DNA of 64,000 bases, taken from assembly GCA_963782055.1 (NCBI GenBank), contig CAWAIF010000003.1, positions 3,776,001 to 3,840,000 on the forward strand, given 5' to 3'. Below, one piece after another: positions 62,199-64,000 of this stretch. This DNA comes from an uncultured delta proteobacterium (GTDB lineage Bacteria > Myxococcota_A > Polyangia > Polyangiales > Polyangiaceae). Numbering within the stretch: the first letter of the stretch is position 1; every line of letters begins with the position of its first letter. The notes beneath the pieces were generated by a model. The model saw nothing but the letters and a program-made list of their open reading frames with translations. It had not been told where the DNA came from and did not search any database. A program made the position numbers and the translations under genes.

Positions 62199-62801
62199 TT
62201 AGCCTTCTCCTTCGGGGGTCTCCAGCTCGTAGAAGCGCAGCTTGCCGGAGCGCGAGTAGAAGAGGCCGCACCCGAGCTGCACGAAGTGCGCGCCGAGGCG
62301 CTCGCGGTACCAGGCGCCCTCGCGGGGGAAGACCGCGACGTCGGTCATGTCCAGATCGCAGACCTCCCGCAGATCGCGCGCGGTGATGGCCTCGAGGTAA
62401 AGGAAGCCGCCGCACATGGCGCCCAGATTCTGGATGGCGCGGGCGGCGTCGTCGTCGTTCAGGTACGGCAGCACGCCCTGGCACACGACGAGGTCGAAGC
62501 GCTCGGCGGCGCGCCAGCGGGAGACGTCGCGGTGGACGTGGCCGTAGCGCCGGCAGGCGTAGGCGCTCACGTCGGTGGAGACGTAGCGCACCCCCGGACG
62601 GTGCCGGCGGAACCAGTCGCGCCAGAGGCCGGCCCCGGCGCCCACGTCCAGCACGGAGCGGATCTCGCCCCCCAGCCAGGCGACCATGCCGCACACCCCG
62701 CGCGCCAGGCGGGCGACCTCCCTCTTTCCGTGCACACGCGTCGTCTTCGACTCGTAGAAGCGGTCGAAGTAGGCCCCGTCGAACGTCGAGGTCCGCATCA
62801 T
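62199..62801 (-). CDS. Class I SAM-dependent methyltransferase
   Basis: VLDVGAGAG, FDLVVCQGVLPYL. Confidence 0.85.
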   Translation of the reverse strand: MMRTSTFDGAYFDRFYESKTTRVHGKREVARLARGVCGMVAWLGGEIRSVLDVGAGAGLWRDWFRRHRPGVRYVSTDVSAYACRRYGHVHRDVSRWRAAERFDLVVCQGVLPYLNDDDAARAIQNLGAMCGGFLYLEAITARDLREVCDLDMTDVAVFPREGAWYRERLGAHFVQLGCGLFYSRSGKLRFYELETPEGEG

Positions 62802-62858
62802 GGCCCCACGCTGGACGGTCTTGAGCCACGACGCAAGGGGCTTTGCTACAGTCCATGC

Positions 62859-64000
62859 ATGGCCCGCCCCCCGAGCCCGATCTTTCGCCGGGTGCTCATC
62901 GCGCTCGGCGTCGCGGCCGTGCTGTGGCTCGCCTACCTGCTGCGGGGTGTGCTGACGCCCCTCTTCTTCGCCTTCCTGGTCGCCTACGCGCTCGACCCGG
63001 CGGTGGACAAGCTGGAGTCGTGGAAGGTCCCCCGCGCGATCGGCGCCATCGCCGTGATGCTCGGCCTGGTGGCGGTCGTGGCGGTGGTGCTCACCTACGC
63101 GATCCCCCTTTTCGTGGAGGAGCTGCGGGCGGCCGCGGCCGACCTGCCCAGCCAGATCGCCAACCTGCAGTCGAGGGCCGAGCCCTGGATGATGCAGAAC
63201 TTCAAGGTCAAGCTCCCGCACTCCTGGAGCGATCTCAGCACCGAGTACCCCTCCATCCTGAGCGCGGTGAGCACCGCGCTCTTCGGCACGCTCTCGTACG
63301 TGGCCGTGGCGCTCAGCGCCCTCATCATCCCGGTCTTCGCCCTCTACCTGCTCATCGACTTCGACCGCATCGTGCGGCGCACCGGGCAGCTCATCCCGCG
63401 GCGCTGGCTGCGCCCCGTCACCGAGGTGGCGGCGCAGGTCCACCGCACCCTCGGCGGGTACGTGCGCGGTCAGGTCACCGCCTGCTTCGTGCTCGCCGCG
63501 CTGTATGCCCTCGGCCTGCGGATGGTGGACATCCGCCTCGCCGTACCCATCGGCGTGCTGACCGGCATGCTCGCCTTCGTGCCTTACGTGGGCTTCTTCA
63601 CGGGCTTCACGCTGGCGCTCGCCATGGCCACGCTGGACTGGAAGGGCGTGGGCCCGGTGCTGGGCGTCTGCGTGGTGATGCTGGGCGTGCAGGCGCTGGA
63701 CGGCATGGTCATCACCCCGCGCATCGTGGGCCGCTCGGTGGGCCTGCGCCCGCTGGAGGTGCTGCTCACCATGATGGCGGCCGGCTCGCTGCTGGGCTTC
63801 TTCGGCGTGCTGCTCGCCGTGCCGCTCGGTGCGGTGGTGAAGATCCTGGTGCAGCGGGGGGTGAAGGCGTACCTGGACACCGATTTCTACCGCCTCAGCC
63901 CGGAGGGGACGCCCCGCCCGCGGGAGCTCGGACTGGTGGTGGGCGAGCCCCCGCGCAAGGAGCCGGAGAGCAAGAAGAAGACCCCCGTGAAAGGAACCGC
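62859..64000 (+). CDS. AI-2E (PerM) family transporter (3' end outside window)
   Basis: Hand translation: MARPPSPIFRR...AYALDPAVDKLE...GGYVRGQ...FVPYVG...ITPRIVGRSVGL; no stop before the window end. Confidence 0.88.
   Translation, partial: MARPPSPIFRRVLIALGVAAVLWLAYLLRGVLTPLFFAFLVAYALDPAVDKLESWKVPRAIGAIAVMLGLVAVVAVVLTYAIPLFVEELRAAAADLPSQIANLQSRAEPWMMQNFKVKLPHSWSDLSTEYPSILSAVSTALFGTLSYVAVALSALIIPVFALYLLIDFDRIVRRTGQLIPRRWLRPVTEVAAQVHRTLGGYVRGQVTACFVLAALYALGLRMVDIRLAVPIGVLTGMLAFVPYVGFFTGFTLALAMATLDWKGVGPVLGVCVVMLGVQALDGMVITPRIVGRSVGLRPLEVLLTMMAAGSLLGFFGVLLAVPLGAVVKILVQRGVKAYLDTDFYRLSPEGTPRPRELGLVVGEPPRKEPESKKKTPVKGT

Overview
A very GC-rich, gene-dense chromosomal segment, most likely from a myxobacterium (Polyangiaceae-like). 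This rests on a MYXO-CTERM protein, an FHA-sigma54 activator, a DUF4388-like protein and many Cys-rich lipoproteins with Asp-Ala/Ser-Gly tails. I can support about 60 CDSs. Housekeeping genes: dnaE, argS, pyrF, coaE, rlmB, rlmN, an rluD-like gene, lgt and mazG. Other loci: an Mla/Mce ABC locus interrupted by a sensor adenylate cyclase; a compact ACP + two fused KS-CLF + lipoprotein cluster; a MerR-HTH/VIT-vWA pair; a PerR-rubrerythrin-FeS-DUF3501 oxidative-stress operon; a FAAL; an NTT-HEAT-cNMP fusion; and a frameshifted MoxR ATPase. I found no tRNA, rRNA, CRISPR array or mobile element. Less obvious signals: a two-hairpin element with covarying stems directly after two unrelated stop codons, a recurrent TANNNT box 6-9 nt before start codons (leaderless-type promoters), a shared DAASE/DAAAE C-terminus on three lipoproteins, several enzymes with altered catalytic motifs, and a 57-aa membrane ORF missing from the ORF track. 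All family calls come from recognising motifs by eye, not from database searches.
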